DNA of 64,000 bases from Octopus sinensis (Eukaryota): contig NC_042998.1 in assembly GCF_006345805.1 (NCBI RefSeq), positions 166,036,001-166,100,000 of the forward strand. Reading direction: 5' to 3'. Position numbers and translations under genes: made by a program. Of the stretch, positions 25,260 through 37,299 are shown in pieces. Below the pieces are notes generated by a model. The model saw nothing but the letters and a program-made list of their open reading frames with translations. It made no database searches and was not told the origin of the DNA. Every line of letters starts with the position of its first letter. The stretch's first letter is position 1.

Positions 25260-25313
25260 TAGTAACCCCTCACCATATCGCGGTTCACCCATCGCGGTTT
25301 ATCATTTATGCTT

Positions 25314-25381
<68 letters not shown>

Positions 25382-25468
25382 TATACAGTACTGTTTCTAC
25401 TTTGCGAAGTTTCACCTATCGCGAGGGTGTTTTGGAACGTAACATCTGCGATAGTCGAGGGATCACCA
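25260..25468. mobile_element. Tigger/pogo-like MITE with internal (TA)n
   Basis: TAGTAACCCCTCACCATATCGCG ... TGCGATAGTCGAGGGATCACCA imperfect TIRs. Confidence 0.55.
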
Positions 25469-25895
25469 TATTTGTATTAATACGAACAAATGAAAAAGTA
25501 CAATTAACTTGTTTGTATCGTTGGGAATAATCTTTAATTCAGCTGTATGCTGTAAAGAAGCAATGTGTTTAATGAGTCGCCAAAGGTACTATGTCTGCAG
25601 CCACCACGAAGTCCAGTCTTTGTTGCTGAGTGGTGATCTATGCACCTCAATGCCCCTGAAAGCTTTGCCATCGGAACGCAATATCCTAGTAGGGCCTCCA
25701 ATGCTGGACAGTGAACGGATAGAAGTCAAACTAAGGGACAATTGTTCCCAGAGGTTCAAATGGGTTTGCGTACAGTCAACACCCCTACCTAGAAAGGCAA
25801 AGCTGCAGAAGTATCAATGACAATTCGAAATCAAGATAACAGGGAGGAGAAAACATCCCAGCGTTACTTCAACACATTTATTGGGAGTTACATGT

Positions 25896-26057
25896 ATGGA
25901 TCAAAACTGTTTGATTCAAATTCTGTAGTTCTTAAAGTTGCAAAGCGTGACGCTTATCCTCAGCTATTGGAAATTCAGATTTCCAATGACTGAGGATAAG
26001 CATCAAAAGTGGGAACTTTAAGTACCACGGAATTTGAATCAAGCTGTTTTGATCCAT
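25896..26057. repeat. Imperfect palindrome, about 80-bp arms, 4-nt loop (TCAG 25975-25978)
   Basis: ATGGATCAAAACTGTTTGATTCAAATT...CCTCAGCTATTGGAAAT pairs with ATTTCCAATGACTGAGG...AATTTGAATCAAGCTGTTTTGATCCAT. Confidence 0.85.
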
Positions 26058-26793
26058 GGATGGATTGAACAGAAAGAACATAACAAAGAGAAACATTAGA
26101 CGAAAACACAGCAAAAGGAAAACTAGACGTAAACATAACAAACGGAAAATTAAACAAAAACACGATACACGGAAAATTCGCAGCAGATTTCCTCATCAGT
26201 CAATGACCAACATCCTCGTGGTTTCGCATATATATATATATTGTATGTATGTATGTGTGTAGTCGAAAGACACCTGTTGTTTGTATTTGTGTACCATTTC
26301 CCCGTTTTTTTCTCGTCCTTGTTTTCGTATACGTTCGCTGCTTTCTTCCGGGGAATCTAGTGATCTTAGCTTAGATTTTCCTTGGGGCTGACCAGATTGG
26401 AGTAGTCTCGAGTATAACCAGCCGAAACTGCAAATCCAATCTGGAACTTGGCTGACAAAAGAAAACTCCGAATGACCCGTCTTTGTTTTTCCTGTCCCTT
26501 TTTTGTATCCTCTGTCTTGATGTTTTGCGTCTTTGTCCCATTTTTTTGTATTCTTTTACACACACACACATATGTATGTGTGTGTGTATGTGTGAGTGCG
26601 TATGTATTTATGTATGTATATTATATACATAAATATATTTATATTCACTAGTATCTAGGATAAACGTAATGCTATGAGACGAAAAGCTCAGCAACTTAGA
26701 GTTGCTACCACTGTACAGAAACAAATATAATTTGTAATTAAAGCCTTTTTATTCTATCTTGTATAAATATATGTATTTCATTCATTATATGTA

Positions 26794-28000
26794 CTAGCAG
26801 GTGTACCCGGCGTTGCTCGGGGCTGTTTGTTGAGTATGCCTGTTTGGATATTAGACCATTCACGGATCATAATGGCAGATATTCACTGCATTGTTTGATT
26901 TATTTAGCGCAATAGTGAACATGCAGAGTCATATGCCCACACCATTGTCATTGTTTTCCATTGGGACGGTAGGTTGATCTGTAAAAAACCGGCAGCAATT
27001 GAGTCTTTTTCCTTACCACATAGCTGCTGACATGTGCTGTTTAGCAGATGGAAAGGTTGATCCTAAAGATATGACATAAAGAAAAATACTATGTTTACTT
27101 GCTGTTTCGCTGGGTTGTAAGTCGTACTGCGCGTTGTGCTGCAGTCTCTGCAGCTCGTGCAACAGCAGTTGAGAAAGCATCTCTTGTAAGTCGATCTGCG
27201 CGTTGTGCTGCAGTCTCTGAAACTTGTGCAGCAGCATTAAAGGAAGCATTTCTTGTTCGGTGTACTGAACGTTGCTCGTTGCCCTGGGCTGCTCGTTGCG
27301 CAGCAATACGTGCTAACCTATCACAACGCTGCTCTTCACTTTCCCTTCTTCGCGTTGAAGCCACCCTAAGTGCATTGAGAGAGTTCCTCCTGGCGGCGTC
27401 CTCGGCAGATTTATTTGCATGCATACGTTTACTTTTCTTAGCAGTATTTGTTTGCCGACTTATATTGGATGATCTTTTGCGTCGAGGCATGGTGGAAAAT
27501 TATCAGTTTGTGCAATAGAAAAAGTCCTAAGGAAAAAGTGGTGAATGTGTAGCACCCAAAAAATAGTAAAACGATTTGGCAAAAATGTTAATCAAAAAGA
27601 CCGAATTAAGGATTTTTTTAATTTTGGGTAAGAGTTTGAAGTGGCTAGTTTAAGTTGGAATAATTATGTGAAAAAGAGCGCTCACGTGAAAACTGAGGAA
27701 AATCGTAACTTGCAAATAAATACCGCTGGCAGTACTGTGCAAGCAGTCGATAAGAGCTCGCCACAGATGACAAAGTAAAGTATTGATTTTTCCAGCTGGG
27801 TGTGTCACGTATTTTCGCTGGGTGTGTCACGTATTTTCGCTGGGTGTGTCACGTATTTTCGTTGAGAGCGCGGAATTTCGTGGAAAAAATTATAAGAAAA
27901 AGCGTCCTAAGTCGCACACATGTTAAATTTAGTGAAATTCGGTTGAAAATTGTAGGAGTGGTTGACACAACATACACAGACAGACAATTGGCCTTTTATG
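26794..28000 (-). mobile_element. Helitron derivative retaining the N-terminal repeat region of the Rep/helicase ORF
   Basis: Minus 3' end CCGAGCAACGCCGGG plus CTAG|T. ORF 27095-27490 MPRRKRS...ESEEQRCDRL...ETAAQRADRL...ETAAQRAVRL has Helitron-type N-terminal repeats. Three copies of 22-bp GCTGGGTGTGTCACGTATTTTC at about 27795-27860. The 5' end is approximate. Confidence 0.7.
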
Positions 28001-28044
28001 AAATTTATGAAATTTATGAAATTTATGCGCGTGTGTGTGTGTGA

Positions 28045-28061
28045 ACATATATAATATAATT

Positions 28062-28100
<39 letters not shown>

Positions 28101-28134
28101 ATTTATATATATATATAAGTATATATATATATAA

Positions 28135-28214
<80 letters not shown>

Positions 28215-28223
28215 TATATATAA

Positions 28224-28271
<48 letters not shown>

Positions 28272-28302
28272 ATTTATATATATATATATTATAAATTATA
28301 TT

Positions 28303-28336
<34 letters not shown>

Positions 28337-28341
28337 ATATA
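28045..28341. repeat. Long interrupted (TA)n microsatellite
   Basis: Direct reading. Confidence 0.95.
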
Positions 28342-28342
28342 T

Positions 28343-28720
28343 TGGGTAAGTAGCTTGTTTACCAACCACATGGTTCCGGGTTCAGACCCAATGCGTGGCA
28401 CCTTGGGCAAGTGTCTTCTACTATAGCCTCGGGCCGACCAAAGCCTAGTGAGTGTATTTGGTAGACGGAAACTGAAAGAAGCCCGTCGTATATATGTATA
28501 TATATGTATGCGTGTGTGTTTGTGTGTCTGTGTTTGTCCCCCTAGCATTGCTTGACAACCGATGCTGGTGTGTTTATGTCTCCGTCACTTACCGGTTCGG
28601 CAAAAAGACCGATAGAACAAGTACTGGGCTTACAAAAGAATAAGTCCCGGGGTTGAGTTGCTCGATTAAAGGCGGTGCTCCAGCATGGCCGCTGTCAAAT
28701 GACTGAAACAAGTAAAAGAA
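28343..28720 (+). mobile_element. tRNA-derived SINE, family A
   Basis: GGTAAGTAGCTTG..GGTTCCGGGTTCAG head, CCTTGGGCAAGTGTCTT CORE-like block, tail GGCGGTGCTCCAGCATGGCCGC..GACTGAAACAAGTAAAAG. Confidence 0.9.
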
Positions 28721-29600
28721 AGAAATATGAAATGGCATAAGAGGAAAAAATAAGCTATTGTGGAAATCAGTAAAGCTTATCAAAGTAAGAAAATACAGTT
28801 ATAAAGTTTAAGAAAATAAATACTAATGTATAATTAATATTAAAATGTGTGGAAAATTCCACGATGATTGAAAGCATTACATAGATCATGAAGGAGTCCA
28901 CTTCTACAATGAAACGGTTAATATGGAAATTTACCTCGAGAATGCGCCCACGAGGAGTCTGTGCGTGGTCGCTTGCTCCGCTAGAAATAGCAGTCACATT
29001 CTTATAATTATTACAAAGCGAAAGAAGAGCGCATTACAAGAAGTAGTCCTAGGCTTCTTTTAAGAAGACGGTATATTTTGAATGTGCAAATATTTTTAAC
29101 TGTATTTCTACTCTTTGAGGTATATATTGATTTGGAAGTTAAGGAAAATAATAACATGGAGGATTGTTCCAGAAAATTACTCATGTAACTTAAAGAATTA
29201 ATATAAAAAACGAATATTGATTGCCTCTTCGTTGTTGACATATCGTTTAGAGTAAGGAGAAAGAAACAGAAAAAGACGGGAAGGGGGAAAGAGAAAGAAA
29301 CAGAGAAACTAAACTAATATTCACCATTTGAAAAACGAACGAACACAAAAAAATAAAATTTTTAAAAATAAATAAAAGCTGCACCATATGCAGTTCTGTG
29401 GAGTGAGTGGGAATTTTGTCATGTTAATTTATTTCTAATTTACTTCGTCATAACTTTTTAACATTTTGTACGAAACGAGTGAGTCAATATACTTTGCTTT
29501 CAATCACTTATTCTGGTGCAATTTTTTCTGTGCAAGTGAATATTTAAGCAGATCCGCGCGAAATTTCACTCATTTTTCCACCTTCGTTTAATGCTGCGAC

Positions 29601-29693
29601 ATGGCAGAAGTGTTTGCAAACACATTACTGAGTATTACCGATATTGTTATTGTTGCAGTTTATTTTGCAATCGTTTTATTCGTTGGATTATGG
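29601..29693 (+). CDS. SLC5A: SLC5 sodium/sugar cotransporter, coding exon 1 (MAEVFANTLLSITDIVIVAVYFAIVLFVGLW)
   Basis: GACATGG start context; DI.(V/I)..YF..V..VGLW is the N-terminal TM helix of SGLT/SMIT proteins; ends at a GTAAGT donor, phase 0. Confidence 0.88.
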
Positions 29694-29957
29694 GTAAGTA
29701 AAACAAACTAGTAATAATATTTTGTTTCTCTGTTACATTTAATTGTTTCTTAAAACAGCTTCTTGTTTACATTGTTTTCTTCTCGCTAGCATCCAGAACT
29801 TTCTCCGTCTATCTGTGTTTATACACACACTCACGCGTACGCACATACACACACACACATTGTGTATGTTTGTGTGTATATATTTTGGCGACCGAATCAA
29901 CAAGACCGCAAAGTCTATTTTGTAATTACATGCCGGCCATTTACATATAATATATAC

Positions 29958-30006
<49 letters not shown>

Positions 30007-30079
30007 TGTTTCCTTCTTTATTTTCTCTCCTTGTTTCTTTATTTTCTCTTTTTCTTTTCTCTTGTTTCTTTCTATGTTC

Positions 30080-30115
30080 CTTTCTGTGGAAGAGCGTAGG
30101 CTCGAAACGTTAAAG
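30080..30115 (+). ncRNA. Minimal type-I hammerhead-ribozyme-like motif (Penelope pLTR type)
   Basis: CTTT-CTGTGGA-A-GAGC/GTAG/GCTC-GAA-ACGT-T-AAAG: stem I CTTT/AAAG, stem II GAGC/GCTC, palindromic ACGT stem III. The core deviates from CUGANGA at A6. Confidence 0.55.
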
Positions 30116-30178
30116 ACTTTTTCACTTCCCGAGCGTTATACCTGTCTTCGTCTTTTTTTTTTGTGAATTCTCCCCTAT

Positions 30179-30217
<39 letters not shown>

Positions 30218-30761
30218 AGGAAGGAAAAGTAGAAACCCACTTTATTTTTTGCAAAGTTTTATTATTATATAACAATAACACCAAGCTCATTTTAAAGGTG
30301 AATTTCATGTTTTCCCAATGATTTTTTTAATGTTTTGGCTGTCGGAAAAAAAGCCTTTAGGTGAATCAACCCCTCAAAGTAAGACAGGTGTAATCGAATA
30401 GCGCAAGGATGACATCCTTCTAACCCAGGTGCCTTCTAAAGCACTTTTGGTGGAGTTTGTGGAAGGAAGTTACGATTTCTTTTTTCAAATATTTCAATTC
30501 TTTAAAATACTTTTTCAATAATTGTTCAGTGTATGTTATGGAATTCTAATCCAATTCCATAACCATTTACGAGGGACAGCTTATTGCAAAACACCGCTGC
30601 ATTTTGGGTGCTAGGACGCCTTAGCACATTTAGGGCTGGTCTGCGATTAATGCGAGGAATTTGGATAAAAAATAATGCAACGCATCTCGCCAGCCGTTCT
30701 TACAATTCTACCGAACCTGTTACGTTGGACTTGTATTTTATTTTCCTTCTCCATGCCGGTC

Positions 30762-30800
<39 letters not shown>

Positions 30801-30803
<3 letters not shown>

Positions 30804-31409
30804 CGCACCCCCTTTCGGTTATTTTTTTTTTCTACAGAAACCCACCTTTTCGACTGCGGAGATTCCAAATCTGCAACAAAATAAATCGACATTACAAAAT
30901 TTTAATTCTCTCCTCCTTCAGTTTTTCACTTTTTTTTTTTTTTTTTTTTGGTGCGAAATACGAAGAAAAATACGGAGATTATAATTTCAGAAGCAAAAAA
31001 TAAACATCCATCCCGCTACTACTAAAATAGCAGACGAATCACGTTTTCAAAATTTTTATTTCCCCCACCCCTTTTTTTCTTTGCCAGAGGGGTGGCGAGG
31101 GGGGAAAATTAAACTTTTGAAAACGTGTTTTAGTGGGGAGGAGGTCTTCAAAATTTTCAATTTTTATGTACGCTTCAAACAGAAAGTCCGACAAGCTAGA
31201 AACAACAGCTAAACCGAAGATCCACTTTCTAAATACAAATTACCAAAAAAGAAAAAAAATTTACAGAAAGTCATTTTGTTGTGCGTGCGCCGATTTTTTT
31301 TTTTTTTTCTTTTTTGCAGATTCGGAATCTTCGCAGTCGAAAAGGTGGGTTGCTGTAACAAAACTAATAAAAAAAAATTTTTTTAACCCCGAAGCGGGGG
31401 TGTGCACTC
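30801..31409. mobile_element. MITE-like element with long (about 90-110 bp) imperfect TIRs
   Basis: TACAGAAACCCACCTTTTCGACTGCGGAGATTCCAAATCTGCAA (about 30833-30876) vs TTGCAGATTCGGAATCTTCGCAGTCGAAAAGGTGGGTTGCTGTA (about 31314-31357); GCACCCCC..TTCGG outer ends. Confidence 0.75.
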
Positions 31410-31440
31410 CATGTCCTTTACCTTCGCCCATATATACATA

Positions 31441-31716
31441 TATTCTTTACTTGTTTCAGTCATTTGACTGCGGCCATGCTGGAGTACCGCCTTTAGTCGA
31501 GCAAATCGACCCCAGGACTTATTCTTTGGAAGCCTAGTACTTATTCTATCGGTCTTTTTTGCCGAACCGCTAAGTAACGGGGACATAAACGCACTACCAT
31601 CGGTTGACCTGAGGCTATAGCAGAAGACACTTACCCAAGGTGCCACGCAGTGGGAATGAATCCGGAACCATGTGGTTGGTAAGCAAGCTACTTACCACAC
31701 AACCACTCCTACGCCT
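31441..31716 (-). mobile_element. SINE family A (internally deleted)
   Basis: Reverse-complement homology to 28343-28720. Confidence 0.85.
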
Positions 31717-31740
31717 ATATAAATAATTTTTTTTCTGTAG

Positions 31741-33620
31741 TTTCAGCCCAGAGCTGCAGCCATGCTGATGCACTGCCATTTTGCTACACTGTTATTACTA
31801 AAAGCCTCCTCTAATATGTGGCACTTGGTGAAGAATGGAGTTTGATGTAGCTACCCTCATTTGCACCTCTTACTGTGAGGTATGTTCATCTGGGACTCTC
31901 AACAGGAAGAGGTCCAGCTTTGATTTAAAAACGCCTACATCTACTTTGTGCAGGTTCCCCAGGCTCTTTGGGAGAATATTAAAAAGCTGTGGGCCCATGA
32001 GATCCAGGCTATTGCAGTAACTAGTCCTGAAGCGCGATGGTGTTGCTGGGATCTTTAGCATTATGCAGTGTCATCCCATTCTGGCATTGGTGTGGCTTTC
32101 AAAGCCAAAATTTGGCACAATTCCTTCCAGGATCTTCCAGATATATATTACTGCATACCTCTTCCACCTTCTCTCCAGGGAGTAGTCTTAGCTGTTTCAG
32201 CCTTTCCCAGTAGCTGAGCAGTTGCAAAGAGACGATCTTCTTTGTGAATCTTCTCTAGATTGCTTCAAGGTCTGCTGTTAATTTCACACTGGTGGGTGAC
32301 CATAGCTGTGAGCAGTAATCCAGGTGGCTGACGACGAATGTCCTCCAGAGAACCATCATGGTTTCCTTATCTCTGGTTCTGAATGTTCTCAGGATCCAGC
32401 CAGCCAGTCATCTGCACTTTGTCGCCATCCTGGTAATGTGACCTGGAAAGAGGTAACATCACTCATGTTGATACCCAGGTCCCTCACTGATTTAGGCTCT
32501 GGGATAGAAATTCCCTGTTGACCAGTGTACCCTGTAAGTTTCATATTCAGTTTTGGATGCTGGTAACGCAGGGCTTGGAATTTTTCAGCATTAAACTGCG
32601 TATTATTATCCTCAGTCCATCTGTAAATTGAATTCAACTCCTGCTGCAGATGTGCAACATCGCTGGGGTTCTGTATTTTCTGTGAGACTTTCATATCGTC
32701 TGCATAACTTGCAAGGGTGGCTATCCACGCACTTAAGGGCATATCTGAGAGGGCCACTATAACAAGCAGTGGTCCCAAGACAGTGCCCTGTGGAACACCA
32801 CTCACTATTTGGTTTTTCATAGAGGTGGATCCATTAGCCACTATTGCCTGACTTCTATCTTTCAGAAAGTCATGTAACCACTCTCCAAGTTTTCCAGCTA
32901 TGCCAAGATCACACAGTTTGTAGCATATCATACCAAGATCCACTTTATCAAAAGCTTTTGCAAAATCAAGGTATATTACGTCCACATTTGAGTTGTTGAG
33001 TAACTGCCTCAACACCCACCCAGTCATAATGTTGTCAGCTGGGTCAGGCAGCTCCTACCTGGTCGAAAGCCATGCTGGGTATCACTCAGCAAGTTATTTT
33101 CTTAAAGTAATGCGATTGGTTTCCCTCTGACTATCTGTTCCATGACTTTGCTGATGTGTGAAGTCAGAGAGATTGGCCTATAGTTTTTGGTATCTACTCT
33201 GCTTCCCCCTTTATGGATTGGGCATATTAATCCCTCCTTGATCTTGCTTGGCAGTCTGCCATTTGCAAGAAAGCTCTGGAAGAGAATCTGGAGGGGTTTT
33301 GCCAGGGCATGCTTACACGATTTGAGGAGGATTGCATCAGGACCGGCAGTTGAGTTTGTGTCCACTTCATCTATGGCTAGTAGAATATCTTCTTCACTAA
33401 TGTCAATGTATTCCATCATAACTGCCTCACTGGTTATAGGTGAGGCGGCAAAGAAGTCCACTGGTTCGTTCACTTGTCTGTGTTCCAACAGAGTGGTAAA
33501 GACACTTTTGAACTGGTCATTCAGTACCTCAGATCCTAGTTGGACTGTCTATGAGGGAGCCATCCTTTTGGAAGAAGGGCCCTATCTTGCAGCGTACTGA
33601 GGCTGTTTCTTTCGCATAAT
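31741..33620 (-). mobile_element. CR1/L2-clade LINE, 5'-truncated, degenerate RT plus 3' end
   Basis: PIHKGGSRVDTKNYRPISLTSHISKVME, DVIYLDFAKAFDKV, GVPQGTVLGPLL, YADDMK, GPQLFNILPKSL...FKSKLDLFL. Confidence 0.92.
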
Positions 33621-33629
33621 GAAAGAAGG

Positions 33630-34575
33630 CCTTTAGGTTTAACTAATAAACGATTTCCTAGCCATTTTAACTACATTAACTTTATCATAAGTCATTCCTA
33701 CCTTATTCATTGCATAAATTAGGGCCTTATTGAACACAATTTCATTAATAGAAGAATAATAATTATCTATATCTGTTTGAATAAATTTATATCTATTTTT
33801 GTCTTTAGTATTATAAAACCATTTTAGAGTGTTATTATTACTAGTCCATAGCTTTAGGTAGTTAAGTTTATTTAATTTATTAATATATTTATTCAATATT
33901 ATTTTACTTAATTTACCTAGGTCTGATTTACAAGGACAAATTAATCTAACTTTAGGGTCTGAATAAAAATTATCCTTATGGTCCTTCAAGGTAATTCTAG
34001 GGTGCATAGGTACATAAGGTTCTGTTTTATTATCTAACCTATATTTCATCATTACTAATTTAGAGGCCTTATTTATAGTATAAAATGTATTATCTGGAAC
34101 AATTTTATATTTTTTAATTTATTTATTTCTCTAATAGGTTATCATATAATTTTACATCTAGTTTATATAGGTTCCTAGTTTTATCTGATTGTACAATAAT
34201 ACCTTCCATATTTCTCATTTCTTTTATTCTAATAGCTAAATTTCTTAAATATTCATTATGTCTATTTGGGTATTTATGAAATTTAATATTTTTCACCACC
34301 TTCCAAATATTATCGTCTAAAACCTGTATTTCTCTGTTATACAGGGGTTAATTTCTAGTTTTAAATTTAGAATTGATATCATTAGTATTCTCTACTTTGT
34401 TAATATTAGATATGTTAAAATTATTATAGTAGGCTTTCCATTTAATCCTAGAAACAAAATCTCTAATATTATTAAGTTTCAAAATATATTCTTTCCTAGA
34501 TGGTATTGGAATATCCTTCAAAGATGAATTCCAAAATAGTGGTTTTATCTTACCTGTAAGTTCCATAACAAACAA
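33630..34575 (-). mobile_element. Penelope-like (Neptune-type) element, N-terminal/RT fragment
   Basis: SLKDIPIPSRKEYILKL..IRDFVSRIKWKAYY; ITLKDHKDNFYSDPKVRLICPCKSDLGKLSK; FIQTDIDNYYSSI (RT Asp motif). Confidence 0.85.
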
Positions 34576-35775
34576 AAATGAGATTTAAATACAGTCAATA
34601 AAAATTAGCTATCAATATAATATAGTAATAATAATATTAGGGAGTATAACTCCAAACTTACTGGGAAAAATTCAATTTAGTATTAAATCAAATTTCACAA
34701 TATAAATATATAATATATATATGAATTAGAGAAAAACCACTATTATGTAATTCAAACAATGATAGATATAAACCATATCATAGAAAAAATAAGATATATA
34801 ATAAAATTATATCTAGATCATAAAAAGTACATGATAATAAATAAACAGTATATAATAAGTAAAAAGACTATGTACATTTCGTGGCTATAACTTTAATTCG
34901 AATTACAATTAAATTTAAATTTAATCCCAAAACAATTCAATTTAAAAGTATAGTCACTCTTCAGGTCAACAATAATAACAATAATAGTTAAATAAATACA
35001 TATTTTTAATAAATAATCAAATAGAATTAAATTTATGTTTCTAAAAGAAATAAAAACATGATTCTTCTTATAGAAGAAACTCTGTTAACTAAATTTGAAA
35101 CTTAAAAAGTAGGACCAGGTGTCTATAATACATTTATCACGTTAAAAACCCAAGGTAAAAAAATAGAGTAAATAGATAGAAATATGTATTTTATCTGTGA
35201 AGATATATTTTAGCTTTGAGAATAATTTTAACAAACTATAGTATATATTTACTGGAAAAATATAAGAGTTCAATTAATTAAAGTAAAAATACTTAAAATA
35301 AATTATATTTAAGTTAAACTAAATTACTATAATTTAATCTATATTTATTAATTAAATAAATTACATATTAATTTATTAATTAAATAAACATCTAATTTGA
35401 TCCGATACTATGTACTAAATTCTGTACAAAACATGTGTAGACTTATAATATAACTTATATCAATAACGTTGCAGCCACAACCCTGCAATAGTATTTTGTA
35501 TATATTTCAACAATATATTCACAAATAATTTAAATTTATTATATAAGTAAATTAATTTATGTCTAGAACTAATATTTCACTCATTGATAAAATAGAGTAC
35601 TTATTATTATTAAATTCAATAGTATATAAAGAAAAAAAGAAAAAAACTTTTCACTACTATAATATTTTGTTATAAACTATTTCACAAAACAACCACAAAT
35701 GATATTTTTAGATTTTAGTTCATATATAATTATAATAATAAGAATAATTAAATATGACTTACCTACAAAGATTAC

Positions 35776-36910
35776 ATGTCTAAAGATTTCCTGCGTCAGA
35801 CTCAGTTGCTAAATCCATCAATGGAAGTTGGGTACAGTGTCCTCATTTACAACAGGGTGCTGCTTGAAATTGAAGATACTGTTTTCAATGTGGGCGGTAG
35901 TGTATTGGCGGTGTATGGCGCAAACACACTGTCTTTGAATTTGCTGCGTGAGACATGTTATAATGTTGACAAGCTTGCATAGTGGAGAGTGAGCCAAAGC
36001 TCCTTCCAGAACAGAAGTTCGCTTACAATTCCGTTATTAATTCTGTCCAGGACAAAGCTGGGGGGGATTTTTTTCCTTGATACTGGCAAAACTTTTGTCA
36101 CAAAATTAATATTGGTTGAGATTAGGCGAACAGAAAGCATTGCCTTAGTTGTGGCATCATCTGGAATTGTGGCTACTTTGTTGCCACGCGACAGGACAGC
36201 TCATTCCACTTTCAAGCTCCCGCTTGACTTAGTGAAGACTGAGACACCAATTTGCAGCATCAGTAACAGCTCCGATCAGGCAGAAGTATTCAGACGATGC
36301 CAGCTTATCGTTTGGGATGAAAGCATAATGGCCCACAGAGATGCTCTTAAGGCGCTAGATAGATCTCTGAGAGACATCAAAAACTCTACGGCTTCCATGG
36401 TAGGCATAACACTTCTTCCTTCAGAAGACTTCAGGCAAACACTGCCAGTTATTCCCAAGGGGACTAGAGCTGATGCAGTACATGTGTGCTCATATACAAA
36501 GTAACATAGTATCAGCAGAATTTTCTCACACCCTCCTTGCACTTGGCGAAAGCAAAACTCCAGGTGATGAAAAGGGTAATATTGCCATTAATTCACTTCG
36601 TACCGTTGTTAATACGCCTTCTGATCTCAGGGATGCAGTGTTCCCAGATCTCCAAGCAAATTAGCAGAATATGGATTGGATTGGCCAAAGGGCTATTCTG
36701 GCCCCGAAGAATAAAACTGTTAACCATATTAATGATCAAATACTAAAACTCATTCCTGGGGATGGCTATATATATGTCTATCGATAAAACTCCTGACCCC
36801 GAGGATGTCATCAACTATCCAATAAAGGTACTAAATTCCTTTGAGCCCCCCTAGACTAACCCCACACATTCTGAATCTTAAAGTTGGTGTCCCTATAATG
36901 CTCATTCAAA
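35776..36910 (+). pseudogene. Helitron PIF1-family helicase remnant
   Basis: FFLD-TGKTF (Walker A partly deleted), VASSGIVATLL..RTAHSTFKLPL, LIVWDESIMAH, EDFRQTLPVIP, AILAP.NKTV; stops and frameshifts. Confidence 0.9.
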
Positions 36911-37299
36911 ATTTAGATTGTTTGATAGGCTCTGCCCACAGATATCGAGGAATACCCTTCCTACATTGTTACTCTATCTGTTAGAAATAGTAGCCAACTA
37001 AGTCATTACTGAAATAATCTTTGCTTGCAGACATCTGCTGGATCATGGTTGGTCTGGAGCTAATCAAAAACAGCAGATACAATACTGTGATTTATTTAAG
37101 TTTGAATTTCATGCTGAGGGTGTGTATGTGTGTCTACCAGAGATAATTTCCAGGTAGAGATTCATGATTTTTAACTGATCAAGGTGATTGCATAGAGGAT
37201 TCATTCCCCATGAGGTCACTCTGTCGTTTGTTGTTATTGTTGTTTAACCCCAGGTTAGCAGTGATCCAGCTGGCCAGCAGTAACAGCAATAATAATTCT

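Noticed and set aside
26185-26230. Minus-strand permuted hammerhead (GAAAC...GTC...CTGATGA)
   Set aside because: Stem III can form but stems I and II cannot be paired convincingly.
27907-28548. 213-aa ORF and the many [16 protein letters not shown] ORFs
   Set aside because: Stop-free frames produced by (TA)n, (CA)n and (CATA)n microsatellites joined to SINE sequence.
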